Part shown: piece by piece, positions 26,673-27,246 of the stretch
Layout of the letters: the number at the start of each line of letters is the position of its first letter
Numbering within the stretch: position 1 is the stretch's first letter
NCBI GenBank assembly: GCA_018825765.1
Contig: JAHKAQ010000083.1
Coordinates: 1 to 27,246 of the forward strand
Direction of reading: 5' to 3'
DNA from: Patescibacteria group bacterium
GTDB lineage: Bacteria; Patescibacteriota; Minisyncoccia; CAIUEV01; JAHKAQ01
Length of the DNA: 27,246 nt
Notes under the pieces: model-generated
Seen by the model: only the letters and a program-made list of their open reading frames with translations
The model's database searches: none
Told to the model about the DNA's origin: nothing
Position numbers and translations under genes: made by a program

Positions 26673-27246
26673 ATGCCCCAAATCATCTCTCAAAAACCAA
26701 ACCAGATTAGTCTCAAGGCCTGGGCCAAAATAAACCTTACCCTGGAAGTCCTTAAAAAAAGAAAAGACAGCTTTCATGAAATTCGCTCCATAATCACTCC
26801 TATTCCCTTATTCGATCTCATCAAAGTTAAACTTGTTTTCCCTAAAAAAAACACAACCACCGCTCCTCCTGAACCTAAGATCATTATAACCACAAACAAC
26901 AAACTGCTTGCCCGCGAGAAAAAAAATAACTGCTACAAAGCGGCTCAATTTATCACAAGCCGCCTGCCAAAAAATAAGATTCCCGCTTCCATAAAAATTC
27001 ACCTGGAAAAAAACATCCCGCTAGCCGGAGGCCTGGGTGGTTCAAGCGCTGACACCGCGGCCGTAATTATCGCTTTTGATAAACTATTTTCTCTTAAGCT
27101 TTCAAAACAAGAACAATTAAAAATTCTAGCTCGCTTTTCCAGTGAAGCCGCGTCTCTGCTTCCTGGCGTGATAATAACCCGGGGCAGGGGAGAAACAGCC
27201 CGAGAAATCACCCAAAAACCGCTTAAGCTTCCGCTCGTTTTAATAA
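26673..27246 (+). CDS. ispE: 4-diphosphocytidyl-2-C-methyl-D-erythritol kinase, 5' part (runs off the window; absent from the ORF track)
   Basis: Hand translation from ATG 26673 is open to the window end: MPQIISQKPNQISLKAWAKINLTLEVLKKRKDSFHEIRS...NNCYKAA...LEKNIPLAGGLGGSSADTAAV...TRGRGE. This has the GHMP-kinase loop and IspE N-terminal motifs. Confidence 0.92.
   Translation, partial: MPQIISQKPNQISLKAWAKINLTLEVLKKRKDSFHEIRSIITPIPLFDLIKVKLVFPKKNTTTAPPEPKIIITTNNKLLAREKKNNCYKAAQFITSRLPKNKIPASIKIHLEKNIPLAGGLGGSSADTAAVIIAFDKLFSLKLSKQEQLKILARFSSEAASLLPGVIITRGRGETAREITQKPLKLPLVLI

Noticed and set aside
4621-27065. Recurrent GGCC/CCGCGG/GCCGGC words in an AT-rich background
   Set aside because: Adequately explained by preference for GCC/GGC/GCG Ala and Gly codons; no spacing pattern or intergenic copies suggesting a repeat element.
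19046-27211. Short nested or antisense ORFs in the isoprenoid operon (19046, 19062, 19260, 19827, 20253, 21750, 23011, 23328, 25380, 26808, 26999)
   Set aside because: All overlap well-supported genes; the last two are antisense to ispE.

Overview
Bacterial chromosomal window using genetic code 11 (TGA is a stop at 10713, 19651, 23613 and 26668). It is most likely from a Patescibacteria/CPR (Parcubacteria-like) genome. That placement is inferred from an intron-bearing, helix-98-less 23S rRNA, a short HD-SYNTH-TGS Rel, type-2 IleRS, DUF4012, Lys-rich proteins and mostly SD-less starts. Layout: (1) 1-1215 is the 3' part of a 23S rRNA gene, split by a 784-nt group I intron (206-989). The intron sits inside the sarcin-ricin loop (after E. 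coli-equivalent U2656) and encodes a single-motif I-CreI-like LAGLIDADG endonuclease. The rRNA is followed directly by a terminator, with no 5S gene. (2) 1402-14993 (+) is a housekeeping/envelope run: htrA, Ca/Na antiporter, gltX, ileS, recO, a large membrane-anchored Ig-like protein, a small exported protein, a Wzz-like protein, DUF4012, parA, parB. (3) 14990-18454 (-) holds uvrB and rel. (4) 18584 to the window end (+) is a tightly packed isoprenoid operon: prenyl synthase with an archaeal-type GGPPS signature, ispH, a translin/TRAX-like nuclease, ispD, dxs, a CofE/FolC2-like gamma-glutamyl ligase, a YgjP-like protein, dxr, ispF, and ispE. ispE runs off the window and is missing from the ORF track. 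The strongest candidates for something undescribed are the sarcin-ricin-loop intron with its endonuclease and the consolidated MEP operon containing a TRAX-like RNase. All calls come from motif recognition by eye; no searches were run.
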